DNA from: a virus
Strand: one strand, 5' to 3'
Virus record (IMG/VR): IMGVR_UViG_3300042291_001557
Coordinates: 36,257 to 100,256 of that record
Length of the DNA: 64,000 nt
Part shown: one piece after another, positions 54,744 to 61,851 of the stretch
How the letters are laid out: each line of letters opens with the position of its first letter
Numbering within the stretch: the stretch's first letter is position 1
Position numbers and translations under genes: made by a program
The notes under the pieces: model-generated
Seen by the model: the letters and a program-made list of their open reading frames with translations, nothing else
Database searches by the model: none
What the model was told of the DNA's origin: nothing

Positions 54744-54773
54744 AAAGAGAAAGGGCAGGATTTCTCCTGCCCT
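54744..54773 (-). terminator. Intrinsic terminator
   Basis: AGGGCAGGA-4 nt-TCCTGCCCT hairpin followed by TTCTCTTT on minus. Confidence 0.7.
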
Positions 54774-54808
54774 GACCTTCGGTGTTGGGGGCTTGCGCCC
54801 CCTCAACC

Positions 54809-55231
54809 TCATTTGATAAAGCGAGCCACGCCCTTGTAGGTGCTTGTGTTGATAGTTTCCTCGTCAGTCATTTTCAGGACTGCGATAGCGTTTTCCAGTT
54901 CCTCAATGTCTGATTTGAGTGACCAGTCGGCAGAGGAGATTTCAGGCTCTTTTGGTGACTTCACAGAAGCAGGGAACTCAACGGTGATTTCGTATTTGTT
55001 GTGTTCCTCGTTGTAACGGAAGTTGTGAGCCTTACTGACGGAAGTTACTTTTCCTTTGCCTGAACGAAACATCTCGGCAAGAGTGTCACGAAAGTCTGAT
55101 ACAGCCTTTTCGTGGTCTTTCCGAGCCTTTTCGTTACTGGCTACTTCTTTCTGACGCTCTGCGAGAGCCTTTGATAATGCGTCAATCACTTTCTTAGTGC
55201 TGACCTTTACGCTTATTGGTTTTTGTGCCAT
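54809..55231 (-). CDS. Lys-rich coiled-coil hypothetical protein
   Basis: Start MAQKP after ACTAGAAA leader. Confidence 0.65.
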   Translation of the reverse strand: MAQKPISVKVSTKKVIDALSKALAERQKEVASNEKARKDHEKAVSDFRDTLAEMFRSGKGKVTSVSKAHNFRYNEEHNKYEITVEFPASVKSPKEPEISSADWSLKSDIEELENAIAVLKMTDEETINTSTYKGVARFIK

Positions 55232-55271
55232 TTCCCTATTTCTTTCTAGTAGTGGTGGGTTGGTAATTACC

Positions 55272-55301
55272 ACCTTAGTTTGCCCTACGGAGGGCTTACA
55301 A
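55272..55301 (-). promoter_or_regulatory. Cassette promoter 7
   Basis: TTGTAA gccctccgtagggcaaac TAAGGT. Confidence 0.85.
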
Positions 55302-55338
55302 GTTTGGTCGGGGGCTCAGGCGAGCCCCGCCCCGGGAG

Positions 55339-55542
55339 CTAGCCGGCAACCTCTTCCATTGTGTCTTGGTTGTAAATCGAGTTACATCGCCCACACACAT
55401 AGTGGAGACCATCCCATTCGTCGGGTGTTGGTTCAACAATTGTTCCGTCTTTCAAGCATGTCTCAAATCCGTCTAGGTGTGGGTTGTTCCCACAATCACA
55501 GACGAACCAATCAAAGGTGCTTTCTTTCAAGTTCAGAGCCAC
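55339..55542 (-). CDS. Small Cys-rich protein
   Basis: CDCGN.P..DGF..C...G...EP....W....YVC.RC. Confidence 0.65.
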   Translation of the reverse strand: MALNLKESTFDWFVCDCGNNPHLDGFETCLKDGTIVEPTPDEWDGLHYVCGRCNSIYNQDTMEEVAG

Positions 55543-55545
55543 GAA

Positions 55546-56013
55546 TTACCACGAACTCTGATAGGCGAAAGTCCACTCATCGGAAATCTTGGAAAGAGCG
55601 TTGTCAATAATTTCCACGGTGGATTCCAAGTCCTTGTAATACCATTCGTCATAGTCGGTGCTACCAAAGAAGAAGCCCGATGATGTCGGAAGGTGTTCGC
55701 TAGCGAGAGCATGGTTACCTAGAACCATCTTGCAAATAGTGCGCAGTTCTTCCAGTTTCTCAATGGGGACATAAGCCTCACGACAATCGTCATTACCGTC
55801 TTGACAGTTCTGCACGAACCAGTCATGAATGGCGTTCGCCTTTCTCCAGTAGCCAATCTTCACTTGACATTGGATAGAGGGAGTGTCTTTCTCCATGAAG
55901 TTAGTAACTCCAATTGCGTTAGCAACCGTGTGAAACCGTTTGTTCATTTCTTCCCCTCTCCATTCCATAGGTGAGAGGTAATTTTTTGCGTATAAGTATT
56001 GGTCTAATCCCAT
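55546..56013 (-). CDS. Conserved phage protein (MGLDQY...YWRKANAIH.WF type)
   Basis: MGLDQYL, YWRKANAIHDWF, LPT..GFFFG...YD.WY, YQSSW; ATG 7 nt after -10. Confidence 0.75.
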   Translation of the reverse strand: MGLDQYLYAKNYLSPMEWRGEEMNKRFHTVANAIGVTNFMEKDTPSIQCQVKIGYWRKANAIHDWFVQNCQDGNDDCREAYVPIEKLEELRTICKMVLGNHALASEHLPTSSGFFFGSTDYDEWYYKDLESTVEIIDNALSKISDEWTFAYQSSW

Positions 56014-56020
56014 GTCTGCC

Positions 56021-56050
56021 ACCTTACTAGTGCCTACGGACGGCTTACAA
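56021..56050 (-). promoter_or_regulatory. Cassette promoter 8
   Basis: TTGTAA gccgtccgtaggcactag TAAGGT. Confidence 0.85.
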
Positions 56051-56175
56051 ATTCTCTTCCACCACCGTCAGATAAGGGAGAGCCCTCATGGCCGGCTATC
56101 GCGTGCGTGGATAGATTTATCCGTTTTCTTGCGATACTTTCCCAGCTCAGATTCGAGTCGGGGCTCAGGGGCCGA

Positions 56176-56424
56176 TTAGAAGCCGGCACGCCGAGAGTCT
56201 CTTGCCAACCTAAGACGGTCTGTCTCACCAAGTCCGCCCCAGACTCCAAAGTTCAGTGCGTTGTCAGTTGCGTACTGCAGGCAGTCGGCAGAGACAGGGC
56301 AAGTCGAGCAAACTTTCTTGGCTTGCTTGAGTTCCGTATTTGACGAAGGGAAAAACACAGACTTATCCATGTCTTTACAGTTTGCCTGCTCAACCCAATT
56401 ACGTTCGTACAGTGCCATACTCAT
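56176..56424 (-). CDS. whiB: WhiB family transcriptional regulator (second copy)
   Basis: W.EQANC...D..VFFP, AK.VC..CPV..DCL.YA, GVWGG..E..R. Confidence 0.92.
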   Translation of the reverse strand: MSMALYERNWVEQANCKDMDKSVFFPSSNTELKQAKKVCSTCPVSADCLQYATDNALNFGVWGGLGETDRLRLARDSRRAGF

Positions 56425-56849
56425 TAGTAGAGCCCCAATTCTTCACGCTCATCGTCCGAGACGGTGCGCAAGGTGCTTGCGCTACCCATTGCATCGTGGT
56501 GACTGAGGGAATACTCAACACGGTCACTAAATACCTTGTAGGTCATACGCCAGTCACTGCGGACTGTCATGCCTTCAATTAGGTCAGCGACATTCTTGGC
56601 GTGAAAATACCCAGAGACATTGCGATTCCATAGTCTCAAGTCCTCAACCTTCCACCAGTTGGTCTCATTGGAGTCACGAAGTTCCTCGGTAATCATCGCA
56701 AAGTCCTCAACAGCGAAGTCCCAACAGTCTCCGTAGCAGGTAGAACCGTACTCGGTGTCAATTGACATTGTTTCGCCGTCTTCCTCGTAGGTGAGGCAGG
56801 TGCATGAATTGGTAATTTCGCCAGTGGCGATAGGTGTATCTAGTTCCAT
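56424..56849 (-). CDS. Hypothetical protein (leaderless)
   Basis: ATG 7 nt after -10; SHHD motif. Confidence 0.65.
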   Translation of the reverse strand: MELDTPIATGEITNSCTCLTYEEDGETMSIDTEYGSTCYGDCWDFAVEDFAMITEELRDSNETNWWKVEDLRLWNRNVSGYFHAKNVADLIEGMTVRSDWRMTYKVFSDRVEYSLSHHDAMGSASTLRTVSDDEREELGLY

Positions 56850-56854
56850 GTCTT

Positions 56855-57091
56855 TCACCCTACTTGCTCATACGGACGGCTTACAAATTGGTCAAGCGTG
56901 GCGGAGCCCCGGGGGCTTATCTCGCCACGCTTCATTAGTTCTTCGTGAGCAAGGTCAGCAATGGCAGTTGACAGGTCGGTGTCGTCAGTCTCGTAATACA
57001 TTCCAGTAACTGCCTTGTACAGGTCGGTAGTGGGGAGAGTTGGCACTCTCCCCATCCATACCGACTTATAGAAACGGTAGTAATTGTTCAT
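56855..57091 (-). CDS. Hypothetical protein
   Basis: TAATG coupling; C-terminus reads through promoter 9. Confidence 0.5.
   Translation of the reverse strand: MNNYYRFYKSVWMGRVPTLPTTDLYKAVTGMYYETDDTDLSTAIADLAHEELMKRGEISPRGSATLDQFVSRPYEQVG
56857..56886 (-). promoter_or_regulatory. Cassette promoter 9
   Basis: TTGTAA gccgtccgtatgagcaag TAGGGT. Confidence 0.75.
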
Positions 57092-57561
57092 TACTTTCCT
57101 GCGTCACCAAGTGAGAGCATTGCCTCGGCAAGTGAGCCAGTTGCGTTTCCTTCGTCAATGCTTACTTCGTCAGTATCTCCGAAACGGATAATGCTGGTCA
57201 TGGTGAGGTCACTACGGCGGATGAACGCACAAAGACGCACACGGCGACGCTGGGCGTGTTCCGAAGGGCGACCCTCAACCGAACCGTCAGCATTGAGTGG
57301 GGCAGCCCATCCAGAAGTGACTACGGCAAGAATGTCAGAAGAACGAACAGAGAACGGTGTCTCGGCAATCGCTTCGTCAATCAGTTCGTAAACATCAGGA
57401 TTAGAGAGAACAGGCTCAACCGTCACTCCGTCATTCTCGGCACGGACAACAAGTAGGTGAGCCTCGCTCATGTACAGGCTGTCTTGTTCGTTGGTGAACG
57501 CACCCAAGAAGTCATGAACAAAGAGTTCCGCCTCGGTTGCGATATTGGTAAGTGTTGTCAT
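57091..57561 (-). CDS. Hypothetical protein (paralog of 59458..59889)
   Basis: DVY.L.D, T.GWAAPLN.DG....PS.H..RRRV.L, G.A.G.LA.AM; AAAGGGA SD. Confidence 0.7.
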   Translation of the reverse strand: MTTLTNIATEAELFVHDFLGAFTNEQDSLYMSEAHLLVVRAENDGVTVEPVLSNPDVYELIDEAIAETPFSVRSSDILAVVTSGWAAPLNADGSVEGRPSEHAQRRRVRLCAFIRRSDLTMTSIIRFGDTDEVSIDEGNATGSLAEAMLSLGDAGK

Positions 57562-57597
57562 TAGTTTCCCTTTCATGGGGTCGTTGTTACAAATACC

Positions 57598-57627
57598 AAC
57601 TTACTTGCCCCTACGCGCGACCTACAA
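57598..57627 (-). promoter_or_regulatory. Cassette promoter 10
   Basis: TTGTAG gtcgcgcgtaggggcaag TAAGTT. Confidence 0.8.
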
Positions 57628-57693
57628 GTTTGCCCCGAGGCCCCGTTGTCCGGCACAGTAAGTACGAGTGCCGGGGCTCAAAAAGAAAAAGAG

Positions 57694-57831
57694 CTACTCA
57701 ACTTCTAATGGTTGAATGTTGTATCTACTGCGCATGAGTTCATAGCAGTCGTCACAGAGAAAACTATCGCTCTCTTCTATGCGTTCAGACAGGTAAGAAG
57801 GTTCATTGCCACACTTGCGGCAAGTACCCAC
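57694..57831 (-). CDS. 45-aa zinc-finger peptide (not in ORF track)
   Basis: GTG overlaps upstream TAG; CRKCG...LCDDCY. Confidence 0.55.
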   Translation of the reverse strand: MGTCRKCGNEPSYLSERIEESDSFLCDDCYELMRSRYNIQPLEVE

Positions 57832-58109
57832 TACTCACCCCCACGCTTCTTGTAGACGACTAGTGCTTCCTCTAGGGTTGAGCAGTAATCGCCTGTCTCG
57901 GCGTAGAAGCCCTCAGGGCGAGCCACGACATTCCAAATTGCGTACGGGTGAAACGCTGTCTCGTCTACGCAAACTGCTACCCAAGTGGCGTAGCAGTCAC
58001 CTACGACACGCTCATGGAGTTTCGTGTAGGCGATAACCATTCGCTGTGTGTCTCCGACCTTGTCGCCAATTCGGATTTCGCTGTATTCGTTTAGTGTGTT
58101 TGTTTCCAT
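57831..58109 (-). CDS. Hypothetical protein (leaderless)
   Basis: ATG 6 nt after -10; HPYA.W...G.Y..TLEEA...Y..R. Confidence 0.65.
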   Translation of the reverse strand: METNTLNEYSEIRIGDKVGDTQRMVIAYTKLHERVVGDCYATWVAVCVDETAFHPYAIWNVVARPEGFYAETGDYCSTLEEALVVYKKRGGE

Positions 58110-58115
58110 GTCTCC

Positions 58116-58145
58116 ACCTTACTGCTCCCTACGGAGCACTTACAA
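58116..58145 (-). promoter_or_regulatory. Cassette promoter 11
   Basis: TTGTAA gtgctccgtagggagcag TAAGGT. Confidence 0.85.
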
Positions 58146-58173
58146 GTCAGGGGTTTAGCCCCGGCTTCCTTCT

Positions 58174-58374
58174 CTACATACATACGTAGTCGAGAAAACC
58201 CGGGCCATTTCCTTCGGGGTCTGCCATTACAACAACAGTAGAACCATCGGTGAACTCAATCACTGTCGTTTCTACTGGGTCGCAATACCACATGAACTCT
58301 TTGATTTCATCGGCAGTGAGGCTCGTGACCTTTGCGATGGTCTTTCCGACAATGTCATCCACATAGTGTTTCAT
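58174..58374 (-). CDS. Small conserved phage protein
   Basis: VGKTI..V..LT..E.....W......VIEF.DG......DPEGNGPG.L. Confidence 0.65.
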   Translation of the reverse strand: MKHYVDDIVGKTIAKVTSLTADEIKEFMWYCDPVETTVIEFTDGSTVVVMADPEGNGPGFLDYVCM

Positions 58375-58721
58375 TACTGCTCCTTCAAGAAGTCTGAGAT
58401 TTCAGAGACAAGAGCCTTCTTGCCCTGCTTGTACGCTTCTTCAAGCATTGCGCTTTCAAGTTCCGCAATCCGAGCAAAACCCGCCACGAACAACATCATC
58501 ATCTCGTTTATTGCTTCTTTATCCTCATCGGTCATCTTCTTGACAGGTACTTCAAGGTCGTCAATGTCGTCAATCTCGTCAAGCGCATCAGGGTCAATGT
58601 TGTCAAGGTCAGGTCGGACTCCGCTACTGCGGAAAAGTATCAACGCTTCAATGATTACGGACAATTCCAACCTAGTGAACTCTCGGTCAAGTTGGGCGAT
58701 GGGTTCAATGTCGTCAAACAT
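58374..58721 (-). CDS. Acidic hypothetical protein
   Basis: TGATG coupling to upstream gene. Confidence 0.6.
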   Translation of the reverse strand: MFDDIEPIAQLDREFTRLELSVIIEALILFRSSGVRPDLDNIDPDALDEIDDIDDLEVPVKKMTDEDKEAINEMMMLFVAGFARIAELESAMLEEAYKQGKKALVSEISDFLKEQ

Positions 58722-59170
58722 CACTTGACCCCCAACCATGCGTTGAAGTCGTCATCTGTCATCGGCACAATCTTTGGAGTGAAGTCCATTTTGCTAATCA
58801 TGTTGGTGAGCATTGCTCGGTTCGCTTCTTCATTGTTCACAACTACCGTTCGTGCGAAGAAGTCAGCAGAGAAGAACAAGTCAGGCAGGTCGTAGTCGTA
58901 GCCGTCACTCTCGCCCTTGTCGTTGAGTGTGCCGACTAGCAACACATCTCCTGCGATGGGGTTGCCGTAGAGAACGGTAGCCGTGACATTGGGTTCAAGC
59001 CCAATGAGCAGACCCTCGTCATGGACATACATGGTCACTGCTCCGTGAGCCAATGAGACACAATCAAACCACCCACCGATTAGGTCGTTGATGACCGTGT
59101 GTGCGTTCTCCTTGGGGAGAATAATGGTGCGTGGTTCGCCTGTCGCTGGAATGAAAAGTGCTTTCGTCAT
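58721..59170 (-). CDS. DUF3846-like protein (leaderless)
   Basis: LIGGWFD.V....MYV.DEG....LEPN..AT......I.GDV.L.G. Confidence 0.7.
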   Translation of the reverse strand: MTKALFIPATGEPRTIILPKENAHTVINDLIGGWFDCVSLAHGAVTMYVHDEGLLIGLEPNVTATVLYGNPIAGDVLLVGTLNDKGESDGYDYDLPDLFFSADFFARTVVVNNEEANRAMLTNMISKMDFTPKIVPMTDDDFNAWLGVK

Positions 59171-59176
59171 GAGAAC

Positions 59177-59206
59177 AATTTACATCAGCCTACGCACGAC
59201 TTACAA
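59177..59206 (-). promoter_or_regulatory. Cassette promoter 12
   Basis: TTGTAA gtcgtgcgtaggctgatg TAAATT. Confidence 0.85.
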
Positions 59207-59457
59207 ATTAGCCTCATCCACCACCGTCACTAAAAAACCGTTGCCCTTCAGCCCTGTCACCTCAAAGAAAAACGGAATAAACGCATTAGTAATAGTTGTA
59301 CTGTGCAACTATCGGAACAGGGGTAGCCCCGCACCCCTGTCAGCCCACCGGGGCTCAGCTCAGATAATTCTGAATAGTAGGTCTAGGAGATACCAAAAGA
59401 TGGTGACTGCGCTCACCGTGACGAGCGAGAGTAACAAGATTTCTAGCGTTGTGCGTT

Positions 59458-59889
59458 TCATACGAACAGCCTAGACCGAAGCCAGCAGTCTGCCATTGCA
59501 TCTGCGAGCGCACCCGAAGCAGAGCCCGGGTCGGTAACGATTTCTTCCTCGTCTGTGAAAGCGAGAGCCGAGCCAGTACTTTCGGCAGTAATTGTCGTAA
59601 TGAGAGAGACACGCCTACGCTCTGGGTGGTCAGACGGTGCGCTATCTATGTCACCATCTTCGTTGAGTGGGGCTGCCCACCCTGTCGTGTGGATAGACAT
59701 ACCTACGAAGTTCTCAAAGTTGTAGGAAGCGTCAAGCAGGTCGTACACATCTAACGCCCAAGCAATTTTTACAAACTGCTCTTGTTCCGTGACTCCGTAG
59801 AGTTCTGCTCTTTTTTTATTGAAGCAGTCTGGGTCGTTGTCTAATGCGAATTGGAGTTGGTCGTGGGCGAGGAGTTCTGCTGATTTCAT
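59458..59889 (-). CDS. Hypothetical protein (paralog of 57091..57561; leaderless)
   Basis: ATG 59889 is 6 nt after -10; GWAAPLN.DG motif. Confidence 0.7.
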   Translation of the reverse strand: MKSAELLAHDQLQFALDNDPDCFNKKRAELYGVTEQEQFVKIAWALDVYDLLDASYNFENFVGMSIHTTGWAAPLNEDGDIDSAPSDHPERRRVSLITTITAESTGSALAFTDEEEIVTDPGSASGALADAMADCWLRSRLFV

Positions 59890-59895
59890 AACCCC

Positions 59896-59925
59896 AGAGT
59901 ACTTCACCCTACGGGTGGCATACAA
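59896..59925 (-). promoter_or_regulatory. Cassette promoter 13
   Basis: TTGTAT gccacccgtagggtgaag TACTCT. Confidence 0.75.
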
Positions 59926-59996
59926 GTTTCTAAACTTGCGAAACTTAGCCCCGTTCCCCTTCCTCGTTGTGATTCCTTGACTTTTTTTGTGACCCA

Positions 59997-60239
59997 TCAG
60001 ATTCCTTCCAACGCCATTGCTGCGCCTCGGAGAGTGTGGGCCCGTTCGGCTGCTTTGAGCAGTTGTACCGCTTGCTGAGCAAGGTAGGTGGCTGTGAACT
60101 CATTGACCTGCGGGTCGAAACTCGCTAAGGACCGCTTGATGTCCTCGTAGGTCGCTTGCGCTCCTAGTTGGGCTTCGTGTGCCAGTTGGTTCAGGTAGTC
60201 GGATGTTGTCTTGGGTTGCGTGGTCGCTGTTGTTTCCAT
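59997..60239 (-). CDS. Small helical protein (leaderless)
   Basis: ATG 60239 is 6 nt after -10. Confidence 0.65.
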   Translation of the reverse strand: METTATTQPKTTSDYLNQLAHEAQLGAQATYEDIKRSLASFDPQVNEFTATYLAQQAVQLLKAAERAHTLRGAAMALEGI

Positions 60240-60245
60240 ACACAC

Positions 60246-60275
60246 AACCTATCAAACCCTACGAACGACTTACAA
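60246..60275 (-). promoter_or_regulatory. Cassette promoter 14
   Basis: TTGTAA gtcgttcgtagggtttga TAGGTT. Confidence 0.85.
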
Positions 60276-60281
60276 CCCCAA

Positions 60282-60297
60282 TGTTTCACGTGAAACA
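60282..60297. promoter_or_regulatory. parS: parS-type palindrome TGTTTCACGTGAAACA
   Basis: Exact match to the canonical bacterial chromosomal parS consensus; palindrome extends to 20 bp (60280-60299); intergenic. Confidence 0.8.
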
Positions 60298-60328
60298 TTC
60301 TGTACCGGCCACTCGGGGCTCAGGGACG

Positions 60329-60368
60329 AAAAACCCCACTCGCCTGTCGTGTCCGAGGGCGAGTGGGG
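60329..60368 (-). terminator. Terminator-like hairpin after KTSC gene 1
   Basis: 11-bp stem CCCCACTCGCC/GGCGAGTGGGG, 13-nt loop, TTTTT on minus. Confidence 0.7.
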
Positions 60369-60382
60369 AATCCGTTGGGGTC

Positions 60383-60679
60383 TTAGTTCTTGGTGAACTC
60401 GTAGTGAGGCTTGATGTGTTCGTTCACGAACTTACCGAAACTCTCGGCAACCATCAGGTTGAATGCCACAAAGGCAGGAACGCCTTGGTAGTAATACTTT
60501 GCCCCACCTTTGTAGGTGATGACCATTACTGATTCGTCAGTGAGGTAGTGAGCCTCGGTGATGGCTGATGATTCTGCTGGCAGGAAGATAACGCTTCCAA
60601 ACCTGCTGATGTGGAATGTACCCTTGCCCGAAGGAAGTGGGTTATTGACTGTTGTTTCAAATGTCGCTGTTGTGTTCAT
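60383..60679 (-). CDS. KTSC domain protein 1 (leaderless)
   Basis: SSAI....Y......ITYKGG..Y.Y.GVP......L..AESFGKFVN.HIKP.Y. Confidence 0.8.
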   Translation of the reverse strand: MNTTATFETTVNNPLPSGKGTFHISRFGSVIFLPAESSAITEAHYLTDESVMVITYKGGAKYYYQGVPAFVAFNLMVAESFGKFVNEHIKPHYEFTKN

Positions 60680-60685
60680 GTCTCC

Positions 60686-60715
60686 ACCTTATCCCAACCT
60701 ACGGAAGGCTTACAA
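60686..60715 (-). promoter_or_regulatory. Cassette promoter 15
   Basis: TTGTAA gccttccgtaggttggga TAAGGT. Confidence 0.85.
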
Positions 60716-60791
60716 ATCAGGAAACCCTTACTGGCGAGCCCCGGCCCCCCAGTAAAAGGGCCACCAGCATTGCTGCCAGTGGCCCCAGTGG

Positions 60792-60968
60792 TTAGTCGTT
60801 CTGGTACTTGTCGTCTTCTTCGATGAACTCATTCATCTTTACAACCAGTTCCTCTGCGTAGGGGCGTTCCCCTGTGTAGAAGGTCTGGGGGTCATCGTAG
60901 GCCCTGTAGGTGGCTGCCTCGTAGGCCTCCAGTAGCAGGGTGTATGGGATTGTCACTGTTTTGCTCAT
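60792..60968 (-). CDS. 58-aa hypothetical protein (not in ORF track; leaderless)
   Basis: ATG 6 nt after -10; MSKTVTIPYTLLLEAYEAATYRAYDDPQ...; GGGCCAC/GTGGCCC hairpin plus TTTT downstream. Confidence 0.65.
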   Translation of the reverse strand: MSKTVTIPYTLLLEAYEAATYRAYDDPQTFYTGERPYAEELVVKMNEFIEEDDKYQND

Positions 60969-60974
60969 ACGGAC

Positions 60975-61004
60975 ATCTTACCCCAGACTCCGGAGGGCTT
61001 ACAA
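60975..61004 (-). promoter_or_regulatory. Cassette promoter 16
   Basis: TTGTAA gccctccggagtctgggg TAAGAT. Confidence 0.8.
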
Positions 61005-61080
61005 GCTCGGTTTGTAGCCCCGTACGTATGTTCGTACCGTTGCTTGTTGATACGGACTCCCGGGGCTCGGTAGCCCAAAG

Positions 61081-61115
61081 CCCCACCAACCTGTCGTGTC
61101 CGAGGGTTGGTGGGG
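61081..61115 (-). terminator. Hairpin after KTSC gene 2
   Basis: 11-bp stem CCCCACCAACC/GGTTGGTGGGG with the same 13-nt loop as 60334-60368. Confidence 0.6.
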
Positions 61116-61131
61116 TCTCCGTGGAGGAGGG

Positions 61132-61422
61132 TTAGGAACCTTGCCAGAACTCGTAGTTCGGCTTGATGTGGGTGTTGATGAACTTCCCGAAACTTTCGGT
61201 AACCAGCAAGTGGAACACCACGGTGGTAGGAACTTCACGGTAGTAGTAGGTCTTTCCACCCGTGTAGGTGACCGAGAGAGTTTCGTCTTGGTATTGAGCC
61301 ATCTCAATTGCTGATGACTCAGGGTAGATAATTAGCGCACCGTTTTTCAGAACGCTGAATTTTCCGTTTCCTGCTGGGAGTTGTGTTTTGTGTGTGTGGG
61401 GGAATGTCGCTGTTGATGTCAT
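61132..61422 (-). CDS. KTSC domain protein 2 (leaderless)
   Basis: SSAI..A.Y..ETL.VTY.GG..Y.Y..VP......L...ESFGKFIN.HIKP.Y. Confidence 0.8.
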   Translation of the reverse strand: MTSTATFPHTHKTQLPAGNGKFSVLKNGALIIYPESSAIEMAQYQDETLSVTYTGGKTYYYREVPTTVVFHLLVTESFGKFINTHIKPNYEFWQGS

Positions 61423-61428
61423 ACCCAA

Positions 61429-61458
61429 ACTTTACCACCCCCTACGGAGGGCTTACAA
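61429..61458 (-). promoter_or_regulatory. Cassette promoter 17
   Basis: TTGTAA gccctccgtagggggtgg TAAAGT. Confidence 0.85.
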
Positions 61459-61500
61459 ACCTGCCCCTATCACAGCGGGGCTGTAGGGGCAGGCCGGAAG

Positions 61501-61530
61501 TTGTAGGCCGTGCGTAGTATTTGATAAAGT
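61501..61530 (+). promoter_or_regulatory. Cassette promoter 18 (only plus-strand copy)
   Basis: TTGTAG gccgtgcgtagtatttga TAAAGT. Confidence 0.75.
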
Positions 61531-61536
61531 GGACTT

Positions 61537-61725
61537 ATCGGCAAAGGACACCGAGTGGAAACCAAAGACTGAGGCAACTCGGCGACTGGGAGTGCCACAA
61601 ATATGCAGGCAAGCCCTATCTGTCGGATTGGTTCACGACCGGAAACCTCCCTCATCTCTCTGAGGGTCAATGGTGAATCACAGAGAACTAGAACCCTAGC
61701 CCTCAGCAGGCTGGGGTTCTTTTTT
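61537..61725 (+). ncRNA. Candidate approx. 190-nt structured non-coding RNA
   Basis: Bounded by promoter 18 and an intrinsic terminator; no start codon at the expected TSS; several stems seen by eye. Confidence 0.55.
61691..61725 (+). terminator. Intrinsic terminator
   Basis: GAACCCTAGCC-7 nt-GGCTGGGGTTC then TTTTTT. Confidence 0.8.
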
Positions 61726-61748
61726 GCCACCGGAGCCCCGGCACGGGT

Positions 61749-61787
61749 AAAAGAAAAAGCCACCCGAAGGTGACTCTTTCTTTCTTT
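61749..61787 (-). terminator. Intrinsic terminator (possibly bidirectional)
   Basis: AGTCACC-TTCG-GGTGGCT then TTTTCTTTT on minus. Confidence 0.75.
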
Positions 61788-61851
61788 GCTCAACCAGTAC
61801 AGCGACTAACTGGGAGCAAGAACTTTCTCGCTGTCGCTGTTCTACGAATTG

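Noticed and set aside
61537-61600. c-di-GMP-I riboswitch (GGCAAA...GAAA...AAAG)
   Set aside because: Lacks the paired GGCAAACC/GG-GACGCAAAG layout, and there is no downstream gene before the terminator.
61470-61793. 107-aa minus-strand ORF from the track
   Set aside because: It crosses two terminators and a promoter and has no start signal; the region is better explained as non-coding.
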